The position numbers and the translations under genes are program-made. From an uncultured Gemmatimonadales bacterium (GTDB lineage Bacteria; Gemmatimonadota; Gemmatimonadetes; Gemmatimonadales; GWC2-71-9): a DNA stretch of 64,000 bases. The stretch's first letter is position 1; each line of letters begins with the position of its first letter. The notes beneath the pieces are model-generated. The model was not told the DNA's origin, did not search any database, and was given only the letters and a program-made list of their open reading frames with translations. Positions 9,967 to 20,362 of the stretch are shown here, piece by piece. The stretch lies in assembly GCA_963798915.1 (NCBI GenBank), contig CAWCVB010000002.1:512001-576000 (forward strand), in the 5' to 3' direction.

Positions 9967-11727
9967 CTATTCGCGCTCCACGAACAGCTGACCCTCCCAG
10001 CCGCTGATGTGGAGGGAGTCAGTGTCATCGCGGGACGCGTAGATGTGATCCAGGGCGAGCAGGAAGCGCCAAGTCGGCACTGACCGCTCCACTCTGAGCG
10101 CGCTGACCTTGGCGCCGCTGTCAGCCAGCTGGAAGTTGTCGTAGATCGAGTCGATCGCGAAGCTCATCTGCGGCATGCTGTCCGGCTGCACCCGAAGTCG
10201 GGCGCGGGTGGAATCGATCCGGATTCGCACCACATGGCCGCCCAGGTGGATGGTGGCCGTGTCATGGCTGGTGCCCACCCGGATCATCCAGTCGTAGCCG
10301 GAGACCGGCACTCCCTCGGACGCTGGCCTGACGACCTGCTGGGGCGCCAGCTGGGATCGTGCGCTCGCCGCCGAATAGCGGATTCCCCGGGATTTCAGCA
10401 GCCGGTTGGCGACGCTGTCGCGTGCGGGCCAGGTGATGGAGGCGAGTTGCACCCCCTGCAAAGCCGAATCGCCGAACACACCCCGGATGGCCCCAGTGGC
10501 ATTGTACTGGAGCAGGAATCCCAGCGCGGCGCTGGCCTGGCGCGCTCGCTCGCGGGTGGCATGCGGCTGGTTCAGCAAGGCCTTCAGGCGATCGGCCTGG
10601 CTGTCCACTGCGAGTGTCCGCACGCCCAGCGGACCGCCAAAGCAGATGGCCAGCACGGCGGCCAGGGAGAGAGGAATGGTCCGGATGCTGGTGCCGCGCG
10701 CGACCGTGTAGAGCACCGCAATGGCGAGCAGCCAGATTCCGAGCACCAGGCCCAGAATGCGGAGCGGAGTGAGGCCGTAAGGCTGGACCCGCTGCCACAG
10801 GGCAAGCAGCAGCATGATGGACGCCGGAATGAGCCCGAGGAAGAGGCCGCGGGTATAGGTGCGGATCCAGGCTTCCTCCGGCAGGGCTCGAAGCGGGTGC
10901 ACCAGCAGGAAGCCAAGGATGCCGGCGACCGACACGCTGGCTACGAGGTAGCCGATCCAGCCGCTGGGCCAGTCGCCGGTGACGATGATCTTGCCCAGGT
11001 AGGCGACCACGATGACCAGGTACACTGCCACCAGCGGCGTCAGCACATACTGGGTGAACAGCTTGAGGGCGCGAGGGTAGGTGGCGTAGCTGAGTTCCTC
11101 CGCCTGGTCGGGCACTCCTGCCAGGAAGATCCACGGATGAACCAGGAACGCCATCAGCAGCCAGAGGCGCAGGTAGGTACGCTCCGGCACATGGATCCCG
11201 AAGAGCTGGTCGAGCGCACCCAGCGCTACGGCCATCCCGGCAAACAGCACTGCGGAAAAGAGTGTCGCGCGGAGGAAGCTCTCGAAGAGCTTGCGGTTGT
11301 ACTGCCAGAACGCGGTCGTCTCACGGCCGCGGATAAAGGGGAGGACCGACACGCCGAGGTGGAAGATGGCAGCGAGCTGCAGGAAGCGAAGCATCTGCTG
11401 CTGCTGCTCCGGACCTGGCCACGTGATGAAGAAGAGCCCAAGGACGACCAGACCGGCGGCCTGCCACACGGACTGCCGGACAACGCTCCAGCCGCGGTAG
11501 GTGGCGAGCAGCGCAACACCGATCGAGAGCGGCAACCCGAGCAGGGCCACCAGCGCAATGCGCCACAACAGGTCATCGCCGCTACTGTCCGCGGCGGCCA
11601 TGGCTGTGCTCGTGGCCACCACCGCAAGGACGAGGGTGAGCGGAAAGCGGCGCAGCACCTGCGTCGCGCGCCGGGTCAGTGCCGACAAAGACGGGAATGG
11701 CATGTGAACTCCCGGGTGCGAGGTCAA
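9967..11727 (-). CDS. DUF4153-like membrane protein
   Basis: Multiple TM helices; LTPLVAVYLVI and RVQPYGLTPLR motifs; start 11727 or 11703. Confidence 0.8.
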   Translation of the reverse strand: MTSHPGVHMPFPSLSALTRRATQVLRRFPLTLVLAVVATSTAMAAADSSGDDLLWRIALVALLGLPLSIGVALLATYRGWSVVRQSVWQAAGLVVLGLFFITWPGPEQQQQMLRFLQLAAIFHLGVSVLPFIRGRETTAFWQYNRKLFESFLRATLFSAVLFAGMAVALGALDQLFGIHVPERTYLRLWLLMAFLVHPWIFLAGVPDQAEELSYATYPRALKLFTQYVLTPLVAVYLVIVVAYLGKIIVTGDWPSGWIGYLVASVSVAGILGFLLVHPLRALPEEAWIRTYTRGLFLGLIPASIMLLLALWQRVQPYGLTPLRILGLVLGIWLLAIAVLYTVARGTSIRTIPLSLAAVLAICFGGPLGVRTLAVDSQADRLKALLNQPHATRERARQASAALGFLLQYNATGAIRGVFGDSALQGVQLASITWPARDSVANRLLKSRGIRYSAASARSQLAPQQVVRPASEGVPVSGYDWMIRVGTSHDTATIHLGGHVVRIRIDSTRARLRVQPDSMPQMSFAIDSIYDNFQLADSGAKVSALRVERSVPTWRFLLALDHIYASRDDTDSLHISGWEGQLFVERE

Positions 11728-12107
11728 CCGCCGCCGAAGACAAAACTGAAGAGCAGCACAGCCAGGACGATGCCGGTGATCACGATGTAGAGTCGGTCCC
11801 GCTGCAGCAGGAACGCAACCAGCGAAAAGACCACCCGTGCTATCGGCGTGGCGATCAGCATGATCATGCCCAGCTGCGTTATGGCCCGGCTGTCCAGCGT
11901 CAGGGCCCCGCGCGCAATTCCACCCAGTGTGGTGAACGTGGCAGGCTCACCCCTGAACAGGTCGTAGCGGGCGATGTCGCTGCCATGGCTGGCCAACCAC
12001 ACCGCGCCGCCAGCCGCGGCCACACCCGCCGCAGACAGCACCCCGATTCGAAGCAGGTTGCTCATCGCCAGCTCGACCTGGTCGCTGTTCCAGCGCGGGG
12101 CCGCCAT
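11724..12107 (-). CDS. DUF1634 membrane protein
   Basis: LIATPIARV motif; usual TauE partner. Confidence 0.88.
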   Translation of the reverse strand: MAAPRWNSDQVELAMSNLLRIGVLSAAGVAAAGGAVWLASHGSDIARYDLFRGEPATFTTLGGIARGALTLDSRAITQLGMIMLIATPIARVVFSLVAFLLQRDRLYIVITGIVLAVLLFSFVFGGG

Positions 12108-12940
12108 CAGATGGTTCCCATGATGCCCTTGTAGAGCATCTCCGCGGCGAGGGTGACCACGACCGCAGTGAACAGGTACCGGAGTGCGCGGGTGGGGACG
12201 CGGGTGAGAACGCGGGCGCCCACCAGCGCCCCCGCCAGCACCCCCAGCATGACCGGCAGGGCCAGCATCGGGTCGATGTAGCCTCGGCTCAGATAGACAC
12301 CGGCACTGGTGGCCGCGGTCACGCCGATCATGAAATTGCTGGTTGTCGTCGAGACCTTGAATGGCAGATGCATGGCGCGATCCATGGCCAGCACCTTGAT
12401 CACGCCGGACCCGATGCCCAGCAGCGCCGAAAGGATGCCAGCCAGGAACATGAGCCCGAAACCCGCCGGCACATTGCGGACCTCGTAGCGCTGCCGGCCC
12501 GCGGGGGTCGGATAGTCGGAGCCGAGGCGAAAGCGGCGGGCCAGGGCATCGGAGTCATCGGTGAGGTGCTCGACATGCGGGCGGAACGACTGCGCAGCGG
12601 TGAAGAGCAGGACAACCGCGAAGATGACCGCGATCACGTTGGGCGAAATCCAGCCGGCCAGGTAGGCACCGCCCAGGGCACCGATCGTGGTGGCGACCTC
12701 CAGCAGCATCCCCACCCGCACGTTGGTGTAGCCCTCGCGCACATACGCGGCCGCCGCCCCGGACGATGTGGCGATGACCGAAATGAGAGACGCGCCGATG
12801 GCATACCTGAGATCCACCCCGAAGGCGAGCGTGAGCAGCGGCACGATCACGATGCCGCCGCCCAGGCCGGTGAGCGCACCCAGCAGCCCGGCGGCGAAGG
12901 CGCCGAGCCCGACCAGCAGGCTCATCATCCATACAGTCAT
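12107..12940 (-). CDS. sulfite exporter TauE/SafE family
   Basis: GLGGGIVIVP, LGIGSG, STTTSNFMIGVT. Confidence 0.92.
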   Translation of the reverse strand: MTVWMMSLLVGLGAFAAGLLGALTGLGGGIVIVPLLTLAFGVDLRYAIGASLISVIATSSGAAAAYVREGYTNVRVGMLLEVATTIGALGGAYLAGWISPNVIAVIFAVVLLFTAAQSFRPHVEHLTDDSDALARRFRLGSDYPTPAGRQRYEVRNVPAGFGLMFLAGILSALLGIGSGVIKVLAMDRAMHLPFKVSTTTSNFMIGVTAATSAGVYLSRGYIDPMLALPVMLGVLAGALVGARVLTRVPTRALRYLFTAVVVTLAAEMLYKGIMGTI

Positions 12941-13083
12941 GAAGACCGGAACCTAGCGGACCACGTCAGGTCTGTCCAAATGGCGCCAAGCCTCCAAGAT
13001 CAGGCGCCTCGCGGCGCATATCTTGGCCACTCACATCATTCGGTTTCGCCCCTGCGACGGGACGAAATCGTGGAGGTTTTCAC

Positions 13084-13494
13084 GTGTTGAAATATCAGAA
13101 TGCGGCCATCGTTGCCGTGATGGCGGCGCTGGTGTCGTGCTCCGACTCGAACAGCCCCAACAACCCGGCGCCCATGGCGGCGACCGTGACGGCCACCACG
13201 TCACAGACGTTCGATCCCAAGACGGTCCAGGTAGCCACCGGCGGCGCGGTGACGTGGAAGTTCCAGTCACTGGGTCATAATGTCACCTTCGACAACGTCG
13301 CTGGTGCGCCGGCCGACATCGGCGGAGTGAACAGCAATACCAGCATCGCGCGCACCTTCGCTACCAACGGGACGTTCACCTACCACTGCACTATCCATCC
13401 AGGCATGACGGGCACGGTGCAGGTCGTTTCGCCGGCCGTGACCACGACGTCCTCCAGCAGCGACGGTGGCGGTGCTCCTGTCAGCGGGTACTAG
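13084..13494 (+). CDS. plastocyanin-like cupredoxin lipoprotein
   Basis: Lipobox LVSC; type-1 Cu ligands HNVTF...YHCTIHPGM. Confidence 0.9.
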   Translation: MLKYQNAAIVAVMAALVSCSDSNSPNNPAPMAATVTATTSQTFDPKTVQVATGGAVTWKFQSLGHNVTFDNVAGAPADIGGVNSNTSIARTFATNGTFTYHCTIHPGMTGTVQVVSPAVTTTSSSSDGGGAPVSGY

Positions 13495-14527
13495 GCGCGT
13501 GCTCGCGGCCGCCGTGGCCCTGCTCACCTTGGCGAGCCCGGCGGCGGCACAGAGCCTGCTCGAACGGGGTCCCAATGTGAGCGGGCCCTGGGCCATTCCG
13601 GTCGGCGTCCTGCAGTTCAACTTTGCCCACCGCTTCAGCCGGAGCCCGGCACCGGAACGCAAGGTGACGGGCTACCCCACGTTCCTGCTGGCGGCAGGGC
13701 TGCCGGGAAGCGTCACGGCCGGGGTGCGATACAGCACCAACTCGACGCTGGTCTCGCGCTATCCCAATGAGTGGGAATTCTTCGGGCAGGTAATGCCGGT
13801 GACGGAGGCGGGCGGCGCTCCGGTGGATGTGGCGCTGACGGGTTCCTGGAACCTCGCCGCTCGAGGCCCGGGCGGGGAACTGTCGCTGGCCCGCACCGCT
13901 GGGCCGGCGCGGATCATTGCCCTGGGCCGATGGATGGCGGATCCGGACAGCAGTGGGAGCGACGCGGCGTTCGGCGGTGGGCTGGTGCTGCGGCTGACCC
14001 GGCATCTTGCGATCGCCGGCGACGCCGTGACCATGGTGCACCGCGACATCGGCGAGCGCGTGGCCTGGAGTGCCGGCCTCCAGGTGGCATTGCCCAATAC
14101 GCCCCACACCCTCTCGCTGCACGTTTCGAATACTGCCACCACCACCGCCCAATCAGGCTCGCGGGGGAGCGGCGATGTGCGGTTCGGTTTCGAGTTCACG
14201 ATCCCCGTGACACTGGCCCGCTATTTCGGCCACCGCGCCAATGGTGGTCCGGCCCAGGTGTCCCGTGACTCCCTGGTCGAGGTCCACATCAAGGATCTCA
14301 AGTTCGCGCCGGCGGTCCTGCAAGTGCGTCCAGGGACCGTGGTGGAATGGGTCAATGATGACCCGCTGGACCACACGGTCACGGCCTCGGATTCTTCCTT
14401 TGCGTCGGGCCTGATCAAGCCCGGTGCCCGGTGGCGTCACCGGTTCACCACCGCCGGAACGACCACCTATGCCTGCACGCCGCATCCCTTCATGCACGGC
14501 GAAGTGCGAGTCGAGCCAGCGCGATGA
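13466..14527 (+). CDS. putative outer-membrane beta-barrel (DUF5777-like) fused to a C-terminal cupredoxin
   Basis: Signal peptide; FAHRF...HTLSLHVSN...FGFEF amphipathic strands; HTVT...YACTPHPFM. Confidence 0.75.
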   Translation: MAVLLSAGTRRVLAAAVALLTLASPAAAQSLLERGPNVSGPWAIPVGVLQFNFAHRFSRSPAPERKVTGYPTFLLAAGLPGSVTAGVRYSTNSTLVSRYPNEWEFFGQVMPVTEAGGAPVDVALTGSWNLAARGPGGELSLARTAGPARIIALGRWMADPDSSGSDAAFGGGLVLRLTRHLAIAGDAVTMVHRDIGERVAWSAGLQVALPNTPHTLSLHVSNTATTTAQSGSRGSGDVRFGFEFTIPVTLARYFGHRANGGPAQVSRDSLVEVHIKDLKFAPAVLQVRPGTVVEWVNDDPLDHTVTASDSSFASGLIKPGARWRHRFTTAGTTTYACTPHPFMHGEVRVEPAR

Positions 14528-14958
14528 CGACTCGCTCGCGGGTCGGTCCTGCGCTCGCGGTGGCGACGGCGCTCGTCGCCGCCGCCTGTTTCTCGGTGCA
14601 CGAGCCATCGACCGACGTTGCGGGCGTCACCTGTGACCGGGCCGCCCAGGCGCCCGGTCCGGATTCCGCGTTCGTGGTCATTCGCGACTTCGCCTTTCAC
14701 CCCGCGACACTCACGGTGGCGGAGGGCACGACCGTCATCTGGATCAATTGTGAAGTGGAAGGAACGCCGGGCCACACCACTACGAGCGATACGTGGGACT
14801 CCCCGACGCTATCACCGGGCGAAAGCTTCGCCGTCATGCCGGAGGTGGGGGAGCATGGCTATCACTGCCGGCCCCACCCCTTCATGACCGGGACGCTGAC
14901 CGTGTCGCCTCAGGCCCTGGCCAGCTCACGGCGGTACCGTGCCGGCGTGATGCCATAG
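14524..14958 (+). CDS. cupredoxin lipoprotein
   Basis: ATGA overlap; lipobox AAAC; GHTTT...YHCRPHPFM. Confidence 0.85.
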   Translation: MTTRSRVGPALAVATALVAAACFSVHEPSTDVAGVTCDRAAQAPGPDSAFVVIRDFAFHPATLTVAEGTTVIWINCEVEGTPGHTTTSDTWDSPTLSPGESFAVMPEVGEHGYHCRPHPFMTGTLTVSPQALASSRRYRAGVMP

Positions 14959-15728
14959 GCGCGCCGGAAATGATTGGTGAAATGACTCTGGTCATAGAAC
15001 CCGGCTCGTTGTGCCACCTGCGCCAGCGGTTCGGCGGAATCGGCGAGTTCGCTCAGGGCGCGCTCCAGCCGCAGCCGGCGCTGCATGTCGCTGATGGAGC
15101 AGCCGAACGCGCGCCGGAAGCCCCGGGCGAGCGTCGCCGGATGCACGCCCACCTCGTCGGCGATCGCGCCCACCGAAAGCGGCGGGGCCACGTGCTCGTG
15201 GATCAGCTCGCGCGCGCGGCGCGCCCATGTCGGGCAGTCGCCGTGATCGGCGGAGTCATCGCGCCGAGCCAGCTGGGCCACCAGTTCGAGCAGCAGGCCC
15301 TCCATGGCAAGCGGCGCGGCGCTGTCGCTCCTCTGGAACTCGAGGTGCAGGCGTCGGGCGATTACCACCTCGGGGCCGGTCAGGAACTGGGCCTGACGCG
15401 ACAGTGCACGGCTGATGTGGGGGTCGGCGCCAAGCCGGGCGGATTCCAGCTCACCCATGAAGCCATGGACGTCCGTACCCCCGAAATGGTTCCAATGACG
15501 CTCACCAGCCGGCATCAGCTTGACCGAAAACGGATGGCAATCGGCCACGTGGCCGGCGCTGTATTCGGAGAACCGTCCGCGGAGTACCAGGCACATCGTC
15601 GGATTCTCGTGCGTGTGCCAGGGGATGACGCCGCCCGCCCGGTGGGTGCCTTCGACGAAGCTGGCACCGGGGACCGTGCGGCGGCGCAATGGCTGGTACT
15701 GGTCGGGGTGGGACATGTCGTGTGCCAT
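14910..15728 (-). CDS. AraC family regulator
   Basis: Cupin WHTHE; HTH GFYDQSHFTNHFRRAYGITP. Confidence 0.93.
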   Translation of the reverse strand: MAHDMSHPDQYQPLRRRTVPGASFVEGTHRAGGVIPWHTHENPTMCLVLRGRFSEYSAGHVADCHPFSVKLMPAGERHWNHFGGTDVHGFMGELESARLGADPHISRALSRQAQFLTGPEVVIARRLHLEFQRSDSAAPLAMEGLLLELVAQLARRDDSADHGDCPTWARRARELIHEHVAPPLSVGAIADEVGVHPATLARGFRRAFGCSISDMQRRLRLERALSELADSAEPLAQVAQRAGFYDQSHFTNHFRRAYGITPARYRRELARA

Positions 15729-15844
15729 GAATGCTCCGAAGCTCTCACGTTCGAATACAAAAATTGACGCCGCCTGCATCAGGCCTTGCACAATCCTTAA
15801 CCGACGGGGACGCGCGCCGGTTCACCTGCGTCCAGGAGGTCGTG

Positions 15845-16831
15845 ATGAAGACATACCGTAACACTACGGGCCAGCTTGCGCTGCTGCTGCTGGGTGTGGT
15901 GGCGTGCGGGGGCTCGGACACCGGCACCAACCCGCCGCCGCCGGATGCGATCATCATCGCCAAGGCCCCAACCGCCAGCGGCGATGCGCAAACCGGCCTG
16001 GTGGGCACGGCGCTCGCCCAGCCAATCCAGATACGTGCCACCCAGAGCGGAAGTCCCAAGGCCGGCGTCACCGTTACGTGGGCGGCGTCGGGAACCGGCG
16101 CCACCGTGAACCCGGCCACGTCCACGACCGATGGCGCCGGCCTCGCCTCCACCACGTGGACCCTTCCCCACGCCGTTGGCAACGCCACGGCGACGGCGAC
16201 GGTCGGATCCGCCACCGGGTCGCCGGTCTCCTTCAGTGCCACGGCCACCGCCGGCGCGGCCAGCCAGCTGGCGATCTTAACCGGAAACGGCCAGACCGGC
16301 ACGGTTGGCGAGGCTCTGGCGGACCCGTTCAGCGTGAAGGTGACGGACGCCTTCGGGAATCCGGTCGCGGGGACGTCCGTGGATTGGGCGGTGACGGCCG
16401 GCAATGGCTCCATCGCTCCGCCCACCGCAACCAGCTCCGCCGCTGGCCTCGCGTCGGCGGTCCTCACCCTTGGCCCCTCGGCCGGGGCAAACACCGCCAC
16501 GGCAAGTGCGACAGGCCTGACCGGGTCGCCGGTCACCTTCAATGCTACTGGCGAAGCGGTTCCGGTGGGTACCGCGGTCACAGTGGGCAATGACTTCTTC
16601 GCGCCGGCAACCCTTCAGACGACGGCAGGTTCCACGGTCACCTGGACTTGGACCAACACCGGCGCGGTGAGTCACAGCGTCCAGTCCACCGGATCGCCGA
16701 GCTTCACGAGCAGCGCCATCATGAATGGGAACGGGAGCACCTATTCGGTCATGTTCACCACCCCCGGCACCTATCACTACGACTGCGCGGTGCATGGGGT
16801 GGCCATGTCGGGCACGATCGTGGTGCAGTAG
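15845..16831 (+). CDS. lipoprotein with two Ig-like domains and a C-terminal cupredoxin
   Basis: Lipobox VVAC; GDAQTG/GNGQTG Ig repeats; HSVQS...YDCAVHGVAM. Confidence 0.85.
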   Translation: MKTYRNTTGQLALLLLGVVACGGSDTGTNPPPPDAIIIAKAPTASGDAQTGLVGTALAQPIQIRATQSGSPKAGVTVTWAASGTGATVNPATSTTDGAGLASTTWTLPHAVGNATATATVGSATGSPVSFSATATAGAASQLAILTGNGQTGTVGEALADPFSVKVTDAFGNPVAGTSVDWAVTAGNGSIAPPTATSSAAGLASAVLTLGPSAGANTATASATGLTGSPVTFNATGEAVPVGTAVTVGNDFFAPATLQTTAGSTVTWTWTNTGAVSHSVQSTGSPSFTSSAIMNGNGSTYSVMFTTPGTYHYDCAVHGVAMSGTIVVQ

Positions 16832-16969
16832 GGCCGGGTGCCGTTCCGCGCTCTGGGGGCGGCTGTGACATTCTTCCGGGCGTCTTCATCAAATCTTCCG
16901 GCGGCGCCCGCCGGGGCCGGCTAGCTTATCAGACGGGAATCATCGGCCCCTGTCCCTGCAGAGGAATTC

Positions 16970-18385
16970 ATGGTGACGGCAAGTGCCATCCCGCCCATTA
17001 TCCAGGGCGGGATGGGAATCGGCGTTTCCAGCTGGAAGCTGGCCCGCACCGTTTCGCGCGCAGGTCAGCTGGGCGTGGTCTCCGGCACGGCCATCGAGTC
17101 AGTGGTGGTTCGCCGGCTGCAGGATGGCGACGTGGGAGGCCACATGCGCCGGGCGCTCGCCCAGTTCCCCATGCCTGATATCGCGGCCGAGGCGTTGCGG
17201 CGCTTCTTTCTGCCGAAGGGCCGGGCGGCCGACGCACCCTACCGGATGCTTCCTGTGTACCGCCTCGGCGCCAGCAAGCTGCGGGAGCGGATGACGATGC
17301 TGGGGAGCTTCGCGGAAACGTGGCTCGCCAAGGAGGGACACGGCGGCCTGGTGGGCATCAATCTCCTCACCAAAATTCAGTTGCCCAATCTCGCCGCGAT
17401 CTATGGCGCCATGCTGGCAGGCGTGGACGTCGTCTTGATGGGAGCGGGGATCCCCCGCGAGATCCCGGCGGCGCTCGATGCCTTTGCCGCCGGCCGGCCT
17501 GCGTCATTGCGACTCGACATTGAAGATGCAGCCGACCGGCGGGAGGACGTGGTGCTCGACCCGGCCGACTACTGGGATGGGGCGCCGCCGCCTGTGGCAC
17601 GCCCGCTCTTTCTCGCCATCATCGCCAGCAACTCGCTCGCCACCATGCTGGCCAGGAAGGCCAGCGGCCGGGTGGATGGCTTTGTCATCGAGGGACCGAC
17701 GGCGGGCGGACATAATGCCCCGCCTCGCGGCGCGCCGACCTTCAATGACCGCGGCGAGCCCATCTACGGCCAGCGCGACGAGGTCGACCTGGAGAAAGTG
17801 CGTGAGCTGGGACTGCCCTTCTGGCTGGCGGGTGGGACGGGATCGCCGCTTGGGTTGAGGCGCGCGCTGGAGCAGGGCGCAGCCGGCATCCAGGTCGGGA
17901 CGCTGTTTGCCTACGCGGAGGAGTCGGGACTCACCGACGGCTATAAGCGCTCGGTGCTGGCACACGCGGCTGCTGGCGATGTGACCATCAGGACTGACCC
18001 CCGCGCTTCACCCACCGGCTACCCCTTCAAGCTGGTGAGTTGGCCGGAAGATCCCGCGCTGGGCGCAGAACCCCGCACGCGCGTGTGCGATATTGGCGGT
18101 CTGCGCGTGCCCTATGTGCGTCCTGACGGACGGCTGGGGTACCGATGCCCGGCGGAACCGGTGGACCAGTACGTGGCCAAGGGCGGGAAGGAAGAAGACA
18201 CCGTGGACCGGCGCTGCCTCTGCAACGCACTCATGGCGAACGTGGGTCACGGCCAGATGCGGAGTGATGGCCGCGAGGAGCCACCCCTGCTGACCAGCGG
18301 CGATGAGTTGGCGGTGATCGGTGACTTTCTTGCGGGGCGGACCAGCTATGGCGCTGAAGAGGTCATCAGCTACCTGCTGGGGTGA
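16970..18385 (+). CDS. nitronate monooxygenase / FabK-like flavoprotein
   Basis: IIQGGMGIGVS, EGPTAGGH, GIQVGTLF; C-terminal Cys cluster. Confidence 0.9.
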   Translation: MVTASAIPPIIQGGMGIGVSSWKLARTVSRAGQLGVVSGTAIESVVVRRLQDGDVGGHMRRALAQFPMPDIAAEALRRFFLPKGRAADAPYRMLPVYRLGASKLRERMTMLGSFAETWLAKEGHGGLVGINLLTKIQLPNLAAIYGAMLAGVDVVLMGAGIPREIPAALDAFAAGRPASLRLDIEDAADRREDVVLDPADYWDGAPPPVARPLFLAIIASNSLATMLARKASGRVDGFVIEGPTAGGHNAPPRGAPTFNDRGEPIYGQRDEVDLEKVRELGLPFWLAGGTGSPLGLRRALEQGAAGIQVGTLFAYAEESGLTDGYKRSVLAHAAAGDVTIRTDPRASPTGYPFKLVSWPEDPALGAEPRTRVCDIGGLRVPYVRPDGRLGYRCPAEPVDQYVAKGGKEEDTVDRRCLCNALMANVGHGQMRSDGREEPPLLTSGDELAVIGDFLAGRTSYGAEEVISYLLG

Positions 18386-18589
18386 AATGGCGTATTCGAA
18401 GATCCTCATGCAACTCCTGGAATAGCTCGATCCCGGTACGCTCCGCCCCCCTGCTGGAGAGTGTGACGAGGATCTCACGGCGGATTCACGCTCGGTTCAT
18501 TGCTGCCGGCGTATACTGTCTCCAGTTGCCGGGCACAGCTGCCTCGACCGGCATCCGCAGACCAAGCGATGGCAGGGAGGGTGGGAATC

Positions 18590-19261
18590 ATGAGAAGCGA
18601 TAAGGAGTTGCGCACCGACGTGATGGAGGAGCTGGAATGGGATCCAAGCATCCGTCATGAGGACATCGCCATTTCCGTCAAGGACGGCGTGGTGACGATC
18701 GCGGGCGTTGTGGACAGCTATGCCCAGCGCTTCGCGGCTGAGCGCGCGGTGACAAGTGTGAAGGGCGTGCAGGCCGTCGCCAATGAACTCAACGTGAAGG
18801 TCCCGGGAGCGTTTGAGCGCTCGGATGCCGAGTTGGCGCATGCGGCGGTCAATGCGCTGCGGTGGAGCATCCAGGTGCCGGACGACAAGATCCAGGTCAA
18901 GGTGGCCAATGGCTGGCTTACCCTCGATGGGACGGTGGATTACTACTTCCAGAAACAAGCCGCCGAGAAGGCCGTCCGCTACCTGGCCGGCGTGAAGGGC
19001 ATGAGCAACCTGATCGTGCTGCGGGCCACGCCGACTTCGGCCGACGTCAAGCAACTGATCCATGCCACGCTCAAGCGCCATGCCGAGCTTGATGCCGACC
19101 AGATCAAGGTCGAAACCAAGGGCGGGAAGGTGATCCTGAAGGGTAACGTGCGCTCCCTGGCTGAGCTGCGCTATGCCGAGCGCGCCGCATGGAACGCGCC
19201 CGGGGTCAGCAGCGTCGAGAACGACCTGACCGTGTCGCCATACGTGGCATCGGCCTTCTAG
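18590..19261 (+). CDS. BON-domain (OsmY-like) protein, three BON domains
   Basis: GVVTIAG, GWLTLDG and GKVILKG repeats; AWNAPGV. Confidence 0.93.
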   Translation: MRSDKELRTDVMEELEWDPSIRHEDIAISVKDGVVTIAGVVDSYAQRFAAERAVTSVKGVQAVANELNVKVPGAFERSDAELAHAAVNALRWSIQVPDDKIQVKVANGWLTLDGTVDYYFQKQAAEKAVRYLAGVKGMSNLIVLRATPTSADVKQLIHATLKRHAELDADQIKVETKGGKVILKGNVRSLAELRYAERAAWNAPGVSSVENDLTVSPYVASAF

Positions 19262-19280
19262 CTCCCACGCGACGTGCAGG

Positions 19281-19316
19281 GCCCCGGCGCACGAAGCATG
19301 GCGCCGGGGCTTTCTG
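19281..19316 (+). terminator. intrinsic terminator
   Basis: GCCCCGGCGC...GCGCCGGGGC stem followed by TTTCT. Confidence 0.6.
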
Positions 19317-19632
19317 TATCTGCGCCCGCCGGATCCTGCCGCAAAGGAGGACGCAACATCAGCGTGGATCTCGGCGTGCCACCACCTCGCTAAACCACGG
19401 CAGGCGCGATAATTTGACGATCTGACCGTCCCCAAGGTGCTTCCACGATGGTTCTGTCGCCCGACCAGCAAATCCTCGAGATCCTTGAAACCACCGGCAA
19501 TGGTACTGATGACCCGCGGACACTGGATGACATCCGCCGAGCCGGAGGGTTCCGTGCGCCGGGTCCTCCAGCTAAAATGGGTGCGGGGAGTTTTCTGCCC
19601 TATGTTCCACCTTTTGTGAAGGAGGTGATCCA

Positions 19633-19695
19633 TTGTCTAGTGACAGTTGCATCGCATGCTCGAATTGGGCAAACGGTCGCCTGGCGACGCGCTAA
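19633..19695 (+). CDS. candidate 20-aa small ORF MSSDSCIACSNWANGRLATR
   Basis: TTG start directly after AAGGAGGTGATCCA (very strong SD). Confidence 0.4.
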   Translation: MSSDSCIACSNWANGRLATR

Positions 19696-19749
19696 GCACC
19701 AATCGGCAATGCGCCGTGGAGACGACGCGTTTCGAGATCGATGCCAACA

Positions 19750-19807
19750 GAAGGGGCCGTGTCGTAGGGGTAAAGCCATGGCTTTACCCCTACGACACGG
19801 CCCCTTC
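19750..19807. repeat. perfect 58-bp palindrome containing a GTAG-type REP
   Basis: All 29 base pairs checked as complementary. Confidence 0.95.
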
Positions 19808-19821
19808 CACTTGTGGGGCTG

Positions 19822-20140
19822 GCCGCTACGGCAATCCCGGCGTGGGCGCGCGGGGCGCCCGCTCCCGTGACGGTGCGGGGGCGGCGGAGATGGAAATGGG
19901 CGTCGGGACGATGCCTGTCCGAGTCAACATCCAAGGGCAGAGGGTACCGGTGCATCCCTGCTGCTCGATATAGCCGCCCATCTCGTCGACGCCATTGAAT
20001 GGCCCTTCGAAGGCAAGGTCCCCATCCTCCAGGCTGAGGCCTGCACGGGATCGGGATTGCCCGGATCGGTGCTATCGCCGCCGCAAGCGAGCGCCGCCGG
20101 CGATGACGGCGATCCTCGGAACCAGACGTAATGTGCGTAA
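19822..20140 (-). pseudogene. frameshifted lipoprotein remnant
   Basis: ALACGGDSTDP lipobox segment and LAFEGPFNGVDEMGG segment lie in different frames. Confidence 0.4.
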
Positions 20141-20362
20141 CAACGGAACTCTGCCATGCATGACGCATGCTCCTTGGTATCGGTGGTCTACACCGTACCT
20201 GCGTCATGCGGGTCAGAAATGCGACATGCGGGCCCGTGGAAGGGGAGCGCGCGCCAAGGTTGCAGCATGGGATGGAATGACCGGGGCAACGGTTGATGCG
20301 CAGTTCACGCCGCCAAGTAAGTTCTCGGACAGGTTCTGGATTTCGTGCGGAGGGGTGCGGGC

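Noticed and set aside
14910..14958. 49-bp convergent overlap as an antisense regulatory device
   Set aside because: Common in GC-rich genomes; no supporting signal
19619..19632. 16S rRNA gene fragment on the minus strand
   Set aside because: The match stops after 14 nt; better read as a Shine-Dalgarno sequence
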